Source: Azolla caroliniana
Taxonomy: Eukaryota > Plantae > Polypodiophyta
DNA length: 64,000 nt
Assembly (NCBI GenBank): GCA_043228905.1
Contig: JBHGNT010000034.1
Span: forward strand, 124,001-188,000
Direction of reading: 5' to 3'
Shown here: positions 42,301 through 54,645 of the stretch, one piece after another
Layout of the letters: every line of letters begins with the position of its first letter
Position numbering within the stretch: the stretch's first letter is position 1
Notes under the pieces: model-generated
The model's input: only the letters and a program-made list of their open reading frames with translations
Told to the model about the DNA's origin: nothing
The model's database searches: none
Program-made: the position numbers and the translations under genes

Positions 42301-45300
42301 TATCCAAAGAAACAACACAGTTTAGTTGGTGTATGATAGAACTTATGGATAATAAGTTTACTGGGAAAGGAGCATGCAACACATTAGACAATGTCACAGA
42401 GTTGGTACATTTTACTCTACCTATACCCACTACAGGTTGTGTTGTACCGTCAGCAATTTGAATGCTTTGTGGCATTGATAAGTCAGTATACGAGGAGTAT
42501 TCACTAGTATTACCTGTTACATGCCTAGATGCACTAGAATCAATTATCCATTCTGGTGTAGAGGCAAGAGTATTTGTGTTGCTAGTACTTGCTAGTACTT
42601 GCTAGTACTTGTGGCTGAATCAATTATCCATTTGGGTTGAGATGTTTCAAAAATTGCATGGTTCTTCTTAGAGCAGAAATTTCCTTGCTCTTACATTGAG
42701 GATCATTGCACACTGTCATAGGCGAGAAATGATCGTATTCTGCCCATAGACTCTCCAGCTCTATGGCATATTCCTGAATCATCCTATCTCCCTGCCAAAC
42801 AGCATCTATCGCTTGCTCGATTTGAAATACTCTCATGTTGTTTCCCCTCCCAGCATACGTCTTTTGCAATTTCTCCCATATCTCCTTCACACTTAAAATT
42901 CCATCAACTGTTGTGGCGATTGATGGAATCATGGAGTTGAGAAGCCACGTGTACAAAGACATGTGGGTAGCTCTCAATGCTTTCCATTCATTGCTCGTTG
43001 TGACAAGAGGTTCTTTCTCTTCTCTTGTTAGGTAGCCGTCAAGGCTTCTCCCTGCCAAGGCACCTATAATCCGACGCGACCAGCTCAAGTATGTGGCTGG
43101 TCCATCGAGTTTGAACTCAACTGGGAGGAGTTCAAGTCGGGGTGGTGGTTGTGTTCCTGTCACACGTCCAGATGCTACAATCTCAGCCTGCTTCATGTAT
43201 TTCACCAATGTTTTCACCTCATCCTCGTTCAATTTTGGGAACACCTCATCCATCTTCTCAACTTGGTCTATCTCTGCTCTCCTCTTCTGACTTCTTTTCT
43301 CAAGTCACCTCTCAATCACATAGCAATGTCATCCCAAATGAAAAAAAAATCCCCCTTTCCTCTCTTGGATGCTAGGACAGTGCTGTTCCAATTGCTGTCA
43401 TACCAGCAGAAGGGTGGATCTAGGGTTTTGCAGAGGGGCGGATCTATGCTCTGATACCATAAAGAAAAATGAGAAGGCACATCTGTTCAGTAATATACAT
43501 TGGTATGTCACAACTAGAGGGAGAAAATACAGAGATTGCTTATTTTTACATGAGGAGAAAGTTCCTCTTTATAAAGGCCAAGATATGGCCGTTGGGCTAA
43601 CTAGCTGTTGGAAACAACTAGCCATTGGGCTAGCCGTTATAACTTTTAAACATTCTCAACAGTTGTGCACCATCTCTGTCTAGAGTCTTCAACTGCTCTG
43701 CATGGAGGCGTGAACAATCTCTCCTGCTCGTCTGTGTAAATTTTATGTTGGATAAGTGCCTCCATCAACGCTCAAAGGAAACATGTTCCCTTTACAAAAT
43801 TGCAATGTGTTCAGGTTTCGAGGTGTATTGAGTTTCCTTAAACAGTAAATAGTTGTGTACCATCTCTGTCTAGAGTTCTCAACTGCTCTGCATGGAGACT
43901 TGAACAATCTCTCATGCTCGTCTGTGTAAATTTTATGTTGGATAAGTGCCTCCATCAACACTCAAAGGAAACGTGCTCCCTTTACAAAATTGCAATGTGT
44001 TCAGGTTTCGAGGTGTATTGAGTTTCCTTAAACAGTAAATAGTTGTGTACCATCTCTGTCTAGAGTTCTCAACTGCTCTGCATGGAGACGTGAACAATCT
44101 CTCATGTTCCTGTGTGTAAGTTTTATGTTGGATAAGTGCCTCCAGCAACACTCAAAGGAAACATGCGCCCTTCACAAAATTGCGATGTGTTCAGGTTTCA
44201 AGGCATATCAAGTTTCCTTAAAACATCAAAACTATCTTAGATCAATCACATCTCCCAGACTTCAGCTGCACAGAAGGCTGGTAGACTGATAATATACATA
44301 CTGTCCACAAAACTTGCTATTACCTATATAATTAGTGTAGAATTAGTGCGTTGGTGTGTCCATTTACTAACCAATGCTTATTAATTTGATTTCTATAGGT
44401 GGAGTCTTATCTTCAAATTCTTGGGGAGCCAAAGTTGCCTTCAATCCTCTTACAGGCAAATAATTCAAATTACACAATGATGATCAAATTTTCAATTATT
44501 CTGCATTCAAGCCACTTCTCATATGTTATTAGTTAGTCTTGATTCAATTGCAGGTCATATGCTGGGTGCTTGGAGAGTATGGAACTGCAGATGGAACTCA
44601 TTCCGCAGCCTATATTATAGGGAGGCTATATGATGTCGCAGAAGCGCATCCAGGGGATGATCTAGTCAAGGTATCTGCAAATGAGTGTATATGGTTGATC
44701 TTCTGCTGGTCAATCTGTCGATTAGATTCTGACAGTTGCTTGGTTTTTTACAGGGCTATGCTATCACTGCTATCACTAAAGTTTGTTCCTTTGAAATTGC
44801 TTCAGGCAGGAAAATCAAACTTATGCCTGAGGTACTGTCTCTATGGCATATTTGACTTTATTTCAAGTTTGTAGGGTTCTGCTACTGATATTTTCCTTAA
44901 TCATCTGGGAATGTAATAATGATCAACTCTGGGTTTCACAGTGTCAGGCTTTTATAAATGAGCTCTCTGCATCACATTCAACAGACCTTCAACAGAGGGC
45001 CTATGAAATACAAGTACTTCTAGGTTTTGATGCTAACACGCTGAGTGCTGTTTTGCCTACTGATGCAAGTTGTGAAGATATTGAGGTAACCATCTGATTA
45101 AACATGTGTGCATATTTGTGCGGGGAATGTTCACTGTATTAGGTAGGTAGATGGACATATTTATATTTTTGTTTGTCTACTTTTAATTACAGATTAATAT
45201 GTAGTTGTTTGTGGGGATTATATGTCCCACCGTATAGATGGAAGTATATATTTTCTATTTGTTGTACTGGTAATTTTAGTTTAATTTTTAATAAAACTCC

Positions 45301-46388
45301 TGAAATACTTACAGGTAAACAAGAACCTTCCTTTTCTCAATAATTATGTTCAATCTATGCTGTCCAAGGGAGCAAAACCATACATATCTCCTACTGAAAG
45401 GATTGATACACGTGGCCCAATCACCTGGGCAAGCCAACATGATGAGTCTAGTGCTGCTAATCACTCTTTACGGTTTGATCCATATGAGAAGCCCCAATTA
45501 CCCATGCCATCTTTGCCTTCTCTTTCTTCTCACGAAAGTGAAGACTATACAGTGGCGAAAGGATCTTATCCTGGTTATCAACCTACTCCTGATATGGATA
45601 CCCTAAACTCAGACGTTGCTCGCTTACGTTTAGAAGGAGTACAGAAGAAATGGGGGCGACCAACATATGCCAGCTCTTCTGCATCGTCTGTTGACATAAA
45701 GAAAACTACTAATGGATCAATAGCTGATGGTGATAGGAATGCAGTTCCACCTGTTACTCAGGAGTCAAAACATGCAAACAGAAGCAAGGAACCAGAAATT
45801 TCCCCTGAAAAGAAGAAACTTGCTGCTTCCCTTTTTGGTGGTGTTTCCAAAACAGCTAAAACCATGGCAAAGAACCACAAGCCTGTGCCGGTAGCCAAAA
45901 CTACTCAACCAAGCCATACTAAGGTTGATTTTGGTGTACCAGTTGAGAAGGAAAATCAAGTTTCATTGCCACCGCCTCCTGATTTGCTTGACTTGAATGA
46001 GGAGGTCCCAGCTGCCCCAAGCTCTAGAGATCCTTTGGAGGATCTGGAAAGCCTTCTCGATTTCACAGATTCTGTTGCTTCTTCCAATCCTGTTCCTGTA
46101 AATGCAAAGCCCTCTTCAGGTGTGGACATATTCTCATTGTATGAAGCCAACACATTGGAGCATTCAGCTGGCATGGGTAAGAACAACATTATAGTAGATT
46201 TGATGGCTGGTATCATGCCTGGTGAAAGGATGGATTCTAGCTTGGGGAGGGCAGCATCTGGTGTCAATAGTGCATCAAAGAAAGGACATTCGGTTGAAAC
46301 GTCAATACAAAAAGATGCTCAATCACGTCAAGTGGGAGTCAATCCAACAAGCCCTAACCCTGATCTTTTCAAAGACTTGCTGAAGTGA
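36373..46388 (+). CDS. AP4E1: AP-4 adaptor complex subunit epsilon, 11 coding exons, 968 aa
   Basis: Exons 36373-36966, 37087-37272, 37356-37571, 37655-37765, 37890-38087, 38185-38316, 44399-44455, 44554-44670, 44754-44831, 44942-45085, 45315-46388 (2907 nt). Motifs [80 protein letters not shown]. One intron requires a GC donor. Confidence 0.95.
38905..44225. repeat. Intronic tandem array of four ~190-bp units, second unit split by copia-2
   Basis: gtaaat.gttgtgtaccatctctgtctagag...gagtttccttaaa starts at ~38909, ~39096 (resumes 43667), ~43846 and ~44036. Confidence 0.88.
39108..43661 (-). mobile_element. Ty1/copia LTR retrotransposon (copia-2, Ale/Retrofit-like, short LTRs) in AP4E intron 6
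   Basis: LTRs 39108-39305 and 43460-43661 (about 4 substitutions and a 4-bp indel), TSD GTTGT (39103-39107, 43662-43666), iMet PBS next to 43459, PPT at 39306-39317. gag ([14 protein letters not shown]), PR (WIIDS), IN, RT (YVDD) and RH fragments with stops, frameshifts and internal deletions. Confidence 0.95.
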
Positions 46389-47054
46389 GCTGTATCCTGT
46401 TAGTTTCCCTCTTGAGCAATTTCTTTGTTCGTGAGATGATTGTGTATGCACCTGGGCACAGTGGCTTGTTAAATAAATCCGTTTTCTTTCTTACAATGAA
46501 AGGGAGATTGTTTCTAGGTTTGTACGCTTGCAAGAACTTTTGGAAGAGGCAGTATATAAGCGAAAGGGCTTTTTGCCATAGTTTAGGGCTGATTGATTTA
46601 AATTTAGCAGTTGGTGATGGGAGCATTATTCTTGCTCATGAATGGTATAGGTGTTGTATTTCCAGGATACTAGAGTTCTCTTATCAATTCGTTTTGTAAA
46701 AGCAATTGAAATACATCATGAAGCTATCAGAGAAGGTGATTTTTTCCTATGAAAGACTAGAGGATTCCTTTCTATGCAGTTAGTATTAGCTTTTCTGAAA
46801 CAGTTTTGTATACCACATACATAGAATGCAGAATTGGAATAGCTAGAGCTTGGAGTTTGATTTTGAATGTATAAATATCTTCCCGACATACTATTGGGTC
46901 ATGATATGCTCATATGGAATTTTCAGTATGTGCGCACATCATTGTCTGCTTGTGCTGAGTGCTCACCTCTATCTAAATATATTTGTGTAATCTTGGCTAA
47001 TGTACAAAGAATAACAAAAACTTTTTAGGTTATATGGTCTATAGGGTTGTAGAA

Positions 47055-47176
47055 AGATGTGAAGGTGCACCATGAGGTGAAGTGATGATGTCCTTTGTTG
47101 TCTACTGCACTTGGTACCAAGAAAGATGAAAGGTGCACCAAGAGGTGAAGTGATGATGTCTTTTGTTGTCTACTAT
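47055..47176. repeat. Tandem duplication of ~68 bp
   Basis: aagatg.aaggtgcacca.gaggtgaagtgatgatgtc.tttgttgtctact occurs twice. Confidence 0.8.
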
Positions 47177-48202
47177 GCTTGGTATTCCACACCAACATTT
47201 TTGTTGGAGGCAATTTTGGTATAATATGGAGTTTGCCAGGATTCCAACAAAGCATCTCCCTAGAAATGCTTCCATGTAGTAGATGGAAAAGGAGAGTTGA
47301 TTTTTGAGTATTGCATGTACTTGGTAACCATTATTATTTAAACGCACCAGAGAGAATCTCCTGAATGTTACTGTAGAATGATGGATAGTAGACTTAGTAT
47401 TTTTCTTGCATAGAACAATCAAGTTGTGCTTGGTTTAGTAATATAAAATTTACAAGATTGATAAATCATCAAACATTTCACCAACCTCATCTATAGAGTT
47501 ACCATGCACCACAATTGCCTTGATTATTCTTATTCCCATCTTTTATGCTTGATGCATGCATGTCCCGTGTAAGTTCAGAATAGCACCTTCCATACAATCT
47601 CATCTTGATTTTCTTTTGTCACTAGTGCTCGTGTATAATCCTCAATCCCTTTTACTCCAACCCAGCCCAAAGTATCTCCTATTACACATAATTTCCCATA
47701 AATCTCATTCCTACATTGCTGTCCATGCGTCATCAATAAACTCCCACAAGTATCCCATGTCAAACAAGCTACCACTTGTTTGGGAAGGATGTTTAATTAT
47801 CCCCCATTAACTAACATAAATTCAATACGGACTAGAGAAATAATAAGTAGGACCTGGTGACCACCTCGAGTTTTCCTAATAAAACTCCTGGTTAAAACAT
47901 CAGCAATTCAGAACTGGGGAGAAACAACGTTCTTTCCAGACAGTAAAGCTAGGACGGGCAGAAAAATCATTACAGAAATTATTGTCTCATTACAACTATT
48001 AAATGGATTTCTATCCATGCAAAAAAGATGTCATCGCAAAAAGCAAACCACTACATCTCTTAGCTCCATTTCTAGAGGGAAGTAAAATAAACAACACAAT
48101 GTGACTGAATATACCATTTCACTCAGGGAAGCAAATTTCGACCCATGTGATCCATGCATTACATCTGCTATATTCCAATTATGGGATCATATTAGACTTT
48201 CA

Positions 48203-49877
48203 TCAACTTTCTTCCTTCTTCTCCATCAAAGCTACAAGTGATGGTGGAGGCTTAACAACTATGCTTTGTTTCCACGCCCTGTCCAGCTTGCGTGATTGTC
48301 GTTTATTAATACCCTTCTCCAGCTCTCTTTCCCTGTATATTGTCAGCATGCGTGCTATCTGTCATAAAAAATATGTATAAATTAAAATATGCATTAAAAA
48401 ACTAAAAAACTAAACACAAGAAGAGAGCAGAAATTTCAATGGTCTAGGCACGAAGGCATTCATTTCTAATGCATCCCGAGCACCAAAAACATATTGTACA
48501 ACACAGACATCAATGATTCCTCTTCACCAACACACCGTTTATTACTATCTAGTATTCAAGTTAGATTTTAAATTTTTATTAAGTTCTTAATTATTGATGT
48601 AACTTCTCCTTTTTCATCTCCCCTGTTTCCTATTGTACAAGTATTTTATATCAACGTTGCACATAAAATTTGATTAAACATGTAAAATAGACAAGACTGG
48701 CAAAAACAGAAAAACTTCCTTTCTCGAACAAGGCTCCCTTATGCTTTAAATTCGCAATGGCTTTAATATGAATACCAAATTCCTTTAAAACATACAAAGT
48801 AAGTTTTAAGTCTCTTGAATTCCCTTTGCCTTGGGGGGGGAAGGAGGAAAGCATGTGACAGGCCTTGTGGATACCTATTTTCCACCTTAATTCAGCTGCA
48901 AAGATGCTAATGTGTGAGGACACACACGTGTTTCTAAAGGAGATCCACAATCTAGTCTGAAATTCGTCATATACATGGAATGTAATGTATACAAAGGATG
49001 GGCAGGAACAAGGATTTACCAAACAATTTTATCATGAAAGGGGATTGTCGCTGGCATATCTTAGGATGATCATTGATATTAAAACATAAAGCCTTGGAAA
49101 AGTTCGTCATTCAGGAAAAATGATGTCTGCAGTCACTAAGATGTCCGTCAATTTTTAACTTCCCCATTAGAAATATTTATAAATTTCTACCGAATTTGTG
49201 ATTACATCCCATAATTGCTACTATTTCATGCATGAAAGGGAAATCTCCCTAATATGAGGAGCACATTTTACAGGATTGTCGGTGATCAGTCATACCCTCT
49301 CTTTATCCAGCAAAGTAAAGCTCAAACATTTTCATGCATACATACATTCATAGAATGGAGGAAAAGGAAGCTTCTTCTAAACAATATTTCCCCACAAACA
49401 TGGTGAAGCTTCCTTTCACCATAGAGCTCGGAAATATACCAGATGAACAGAAATAGAAGTGTAGGATTAGTATTAGCAATATTCTTACCCGTTTCCTCAT
49501 TCTTTGGAACTCACTGCTCTTGATCTCTTGTCTGGCAGCTTGCTTCATGCGCAGGACAACGAGCTCTCCTTTGAGTTCCACCACACTCTCTTTGATCTCG
49601 TCATCACTCATCTTCCTTAGCTCCTCGAGCTCTATCTGTCGCTTTGCCATCATCAACGTCTCCAATGGCTTGCCTCTGCTTGATTTCGCATAGAGAGCTA
49701 CAGAGTTGGGGGGGAAACGGCATGGAATTCGGATCCCGTTAAAGAAAGAGCTACATCTGCTAGTACACTGGAGGTTTCTGTCGTTGTTGTTGTTATTGTT
49801 AGAGTGGGGCTATTGACATACGACCACGAAGAAGAAGAAGAAGAAGAAGAAGAAGGTCAGAACAGAAGGGGAAATGT

Positions 49878-49943
<66 letters not shown>

Positions 49944-50004
49944 TATTCCTTACCGGTAGGGCCTTGGCCATAGAAACGAAGGTGAAGGCTGTGGATGCAG
50001 CCAT
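48203..50004 (-). CDS. RPL29: Plastid 50S ribosomal protein L29 (uL29c) precursor, 3 exons, 175 aa
   Basis: Exons 50004-49954, 49809-49489, 48358-48203 (528 nt). Ser/Ala-rich transit-peptide-like start, L29 core ELKGELVVLRMKQAARQEIKSSEFQRMRKRIARMLT, plastid-type tail SRKLDRAWKQSIVVKPPPSL. Confidence 0.93.
49875..49941. repeat. Compound (TG)n(AG)n microsatellite in RPL29 intron 1
   Basis: Direct reading. Confidence 0.95.
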
Positions 50005-50178
50005 CGCTCGCACGCACAGAGAAGAAGGAATAAGAAGAAGAGGATAATGTATGGATGTTCTTCTTCGCACAAAGACTTTGTTCCGCTTTTTTACTGAACG
50101 TATTCGTATTCGTATTCGTATTCACTCATTCCTTCATACATATATGATATACATAACATATTTATTTACATACATATT

Positions 50179-51845
50179 GGGCTCTTATTCTATGAATGGG
50201 TAAATACCTCCTTTTTGTTGTAAACCAATTGTCTCATGGGCCAGGCCAATTTTGATCTTAGAAGACGTTAATAGATCTTTCTTTCTTTCTATGTTACAAG
50301 TTATTTGATAATAATTTGCATTTCTGTTAATGCTGTAAAGTGCAGCAAAAAACGAAGAAGAGAGGGAATATTTGTGGAAATTAAGAGAAATTTCGTTAAA
50401 AACCAGGGTACCCAGAGCACGAAATAACAACAATGGAAATAGAACACACAACATTTGATAATAGAGTTCAGCCTCCCCCCACACTTGCTAAAGCTCGTTT
50501 TACTAAAGGGATAAAATATACAAAGTGTTTACAACACTTACACCTCATAAGATTTTCTCTCAAACTCTCCAATTCTCTAGTTTTTTTGGGGATCCCTACA
50601 AAATGGGAGCTTAGGGGTATTATGCACCCCTTCCCTTGTTTTTAGCCAAAAATGTTTGGTTGGTTGTTTATGCATCTCCTTCACGATTGCATAAGGCATA
50701 TGCAATCACACTCCTTACAATTAAGGAGAGTATTGAGGTTAGGGATGATTGACAGCTATGGGATTTGAACCCATGCCCTGTCGGATTGGAGCCTAAATAC
50801 AACACCTTAGACCACTCGTTCAAACTAGCACAAGGGGAAAATGCTATCCCATGAGAAATCAGGACAAATGCATTTATGCAGTGAAACAGTGGAGAACAAA
50901 GGGATAACAGCATACATAAATATTGTATTCTTGCATTCTCACAAACAAACGAGAATGACTTCTTCTTAGAAGAATAGTTAGGCAATTAATTAATAGGATC
51001 ATCATCGTCATGTAACGCAACCCAATCTCACTGAATAAAGGCAGAGATTGATTCTTGAGTGCGAATAATAATACTCTACAGAACACTCCAAATTGTATGA
51101 GGACGCCCCACCACCGCTACTTCTATTTTACATCATCATCATCATCATCATCATAGTTGTGCAGATTGTTTCTTCATAAAGTGGTAATGGCTTTTAATTA
51201 ACTCTTCTAAGCACTCTGAAAAGCCACTTGCAGTTCAGTACGAGTGCGTACTTCACCGCATTTTTCGTCCCACACACCAACTTGAAGGAAATGGCAAGTC
51301 AGGCTATCAAACCGAATCGGGAGCCGTCCTTTTCCTCTCTCATGCCGCGGGTCCAGACCACATCCTACAATTCCTTCACCTTTTTCTGGTGAATACCGTG
51401 AGCCCCTCCACTTCTTGCGTCCCATGAGCTATCCTAACCCACACTTTTGAAAGGGGAGATCGCTTGCATAGAGAAAGTCTTCTGGCCTACAAATCTTAAA
51501 TTCGTCTTATGAAGGAGCCCCACATCTTGGGGGCCTGTGGATGTTGTACATCAACACATACGCCGGTAGCGAAATGGATCCAGAGATGGTTGAATATATG
51601 CAAACTGCGGGGATGTCGCTATAGACATTGGGTTTGAATGATCATGCTGAATTTGAAATTGAAGTTTTTAGGGTTTAGGGTTTAGTATGAGACGAAAAGA
51701 AATGCAATTGTTGCTGAGGCATGCTAGCGTTGGCAAATTCACAGAGAGAAAGAAAGAAAGAAAGAGATATTAACGTCTTCTAAGGCCAAATTTGGCCCAT
51801 GAGACAAATAGGTTACAACAAAAATGAGTGTTTATCCAATCATCA
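50179..51845. mobile_element. Non-autonomous TIR element (Mutator-like), ~1.67 kb, ~100-bp TIRs
   Basis: 50195-50290 (tttttgttgtaaacc...tgtctcatgggcca...ttagaagacgttaata..tctttctttctttc) is the reverse complement of ~51748-51845. The right tip is lost at the LINE 3' junction. No TSD is visible. Confidence 0.7.
50750..50829 (-). pseudogene. tRNA-Leu(UAG) pseudogene
   Basis: Minus strand reads GCTAGTTTGAACGAGTGGTCTAAGGTGTTGTATTTAGGCTCCAATCCGACAGGGCATGGGTTCAAATCCCATAGCTGTCA: 80 nt, A and B boxes, TAG anticodon, variable arm, but mismatches in the acceptor, D and anticodon stems. Confidence 0.8.
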
Positions 51846-54645
51846 AAACTAAAATAAAAGAAAATAGCTTAAGATAAGAAAGTTCTAGTAGTGTACAAAA
51901 CTTTGAACTAAGCCTAATCTCATTTCCACCCAAGTCTCTCAAAAAGAAGTGGGAGGTCAAAAGTTTTTGGTGTGGGTGTGACCCATGGTCCCGATGCATA
52001 GAGTGCCCTAGCCATGGCTTCTAGGCAGTGTAGTTCACGCTCCCTTATTTTCTTTATTGCTTCTACATCTCGTCGAGTTGCTTTGAAACCCGACATCCGA
52101 GGGCGTTTGGTTCTTCTTTGATTTTCTGCTTCATCAAGGAAAAGTCCGAGTGGTGCAAGTGTGTCGACATTCATTGTCTCCCCCTGTTCCTGAAAAACTT
52201 CATTTGTTATATGTTGGTAAACATTAGTAACATTATTATCAACGTTTTGTAATTTATTCTCTCTGTGTTGTTTCAATTCTAAGATGTATCTACCTAATTT
52301 CTTTATATCTAGTGTATCTAATAGTTTAGGGAGGGTGGGAGAGGAACCAAGTATGTCTTGGTATTTTGCCCTTATCTCGGCATAGGTGGGGCATTTGCAT
52401 GTAAAATGGTACTCATCCTCTATCTCTATGTGGCATAACCTACATATCCTTTCCTCCCTAGGGACTCCATTAGTACGTCCATTCTCAATCTCAAGTTGGT
52501 GAGATGATATTCTAAGTTGACCAATGGCAACCCTTAGTGCATGTGGTAAGAATACATCTAGATATTTTGGGCGCGTGATAAAACCTAACTCAGAGAAGTG
52601 CATAAAGTGTTCCTTATAGTACGACATTTTAGATGGGAGTGGCTCTAGTGGGGTGATCCATTTATACCGAGTATAAATTTGCCATATTTCTTGGCGTATT
52701 ACTTTATTACGGTCCTCATGAGAGATTAAAGTGTTATCAGTCGTGTGGTCGTACTTAAGGGGGGGGAAGTTAGTAATGTCTAGACCGTTGGCAAGAAGCC
52801 AACTCACCATCATGCCATACCATGAGCTAGTATAGCCGGACTCATACAGTGCTCGAGAAGCCTTAAAGGCTTGGTGGGATATTCTATCAAGTGGTTGGTT
52901 ATGTATCCTGTGTATAAAGACTACCGGTTGAAAAAGTGCTTCTACTAACATAGGGGGTAGAGTGAACTCAGCCCTAATAATGTCATGTGGGACCGACGAT
53001 TTGCTTCGGAGTTGGCGTGATAACATCATCACCAATGGTCTCTCTAATTGCATCCACATGAAAGATGGTAGTCCTTGGGCCCAAACCGTTGATGCATACA
53101 TGAGAGAGGGAGTCACTAATGAGTCAAAGAGCCACCCTTTAGTTCGTGGCTCTTGGAAGTATGCTTGGTGGCATTGTCTCTCGAGGAGTGAGAGGGATGC
53201 ATGTCCTCTTGGTCTATCCTTCGCTGCTTGTGTCATCGAAAATTTACCTAAGCGGGCACTAAAAGTGACTCCGAGATAGACATATGATCCAACCACCTCA
53301 ACTGGGCTATGGGAGATAGTTAGGTGACACTTAGCTCTAACTTGGGTCGACGTGTGGAAGATAAGGACTTTAGTTTTCCCTAGATTCACTACCAATCCTT
53401 GTTGTGTGCAAAAGTCATCTAAGGCATTAAGGTGCCTTTGTAGGTCGTGTTCGGATTCAGAGAGCAAAACTATGTCGTTTGCATAGAGCAAGATACGCAC
53501 CTGCGTATCCCCAAGGACTACTCCATTGCCTCCCTTACGAGCAATAAAATCTGTGATCTCATCAATGTAGATCCCAAAAAGAGTCAGAGATAAGGGGCAA
53601 CCTTGTTTTACACCAATAGTGCTAGTGAAACTATCGTATATGCCGCCTGGGCATCGAACACACCCGGACACTTGTTCATATAGTGCGTAGATGGCCCAAA
53701 CCATGTCATCTAGTATCCTCAAGCTCTTAAGCCTATCAAACAACCGCTCTCTAGGGACCGTGTCAAAGGCTTTGCAGAAGTCCACAAAACAACAATATAG
53801 TTTCTTCTTGCGAGCCTTAGTCTGGTCAATTAAGCTCTAAGTGTGAAGATATGGTCAATAGTGGAGAAGGCTCGTCTAAAGCCAGCCTATCCAGGTGCAC
53901 GAAGATTTAAGGTCTCCATATACTCGTTAAGCTCTGCCTCCATTACTGCACCATATAATTTAGCAAGGGTATGACCTATCATAATGGTCCTATAAGTATT
54001 TGGGTCCATGAGGTCCCCCCCTTTATGTATGGGGGCCACTGTGTTCATGGTCCATTGTGGTGGAAAACCCTCTACGAGGGCACGATTGAAGATTAGAGTT
54101 AGCAAGGGAGCTAGGCACTCTCTCGCGTATATGATGTGTTCTGCTCGCAATCCTGTGTGGTCCATGGACTTCCTATGGTTGTAATTTCTTTATGACCTTC
54201 GTGACCCTAGAGGTCGTGAAGAGTGTCCCCACAGTAGGTCGGGGTGTAGAAGGCATTGGAATGGGTGGTTGGTTTGGGATGTGGTAAAGTCTCTCTGTAT
54301 AAGTGTGCCAAGTTTCGAGATCTTCGATGGGTGTTTATGGTCTTGGTTCCCGTAATCTCTTCCATGCAGTGGCACAATCGCTACTCATAAGCATGTGGTA
54401 GAGTTCCCAATATTGGGATGCCTCCCATGCTCGTCTCTTACGACGTGTCATCTTGCGCATTTCTTTACGAGCTTGTATTGAGGTAATACTACCACTGAGT
54501 TGCGATATTGTAAGTTGTCGATGTAAGCACCTACAATCCTCATCATACCATCTATTTTGTGGCATAGATCCTACTTTACCTTGATTGGAGTGTTTCGTGT
54601 ATGGGAAACTGCTAACTGCTACAGAATGAAGGATGTGTGTGAGTT
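51846..54645 (-). mobile_element. 5'-truncated non-LTR retrotransposon (RTE/RTEX-like LINE)
   Basis: RT motifs VDFCKAFDTV, GVKQGCPLS, LLYANDIVL (YADD altered), YLGV; C-terminal RISSHQLEIENGR...ERICRLC...EDEYHF.CKCP. Upstream pieces 53887-54565 are frameshifted, there is no endonuclease domain, and a short tgatgat tail replaces poly(A). Confidence 0.88.

Noticed and set aside
50750-50829. Functional tRNA-Leu gene
   Set aside because: Several stem mismatches and no oligo-T terminator directly downstream; called a pseudogene instead.
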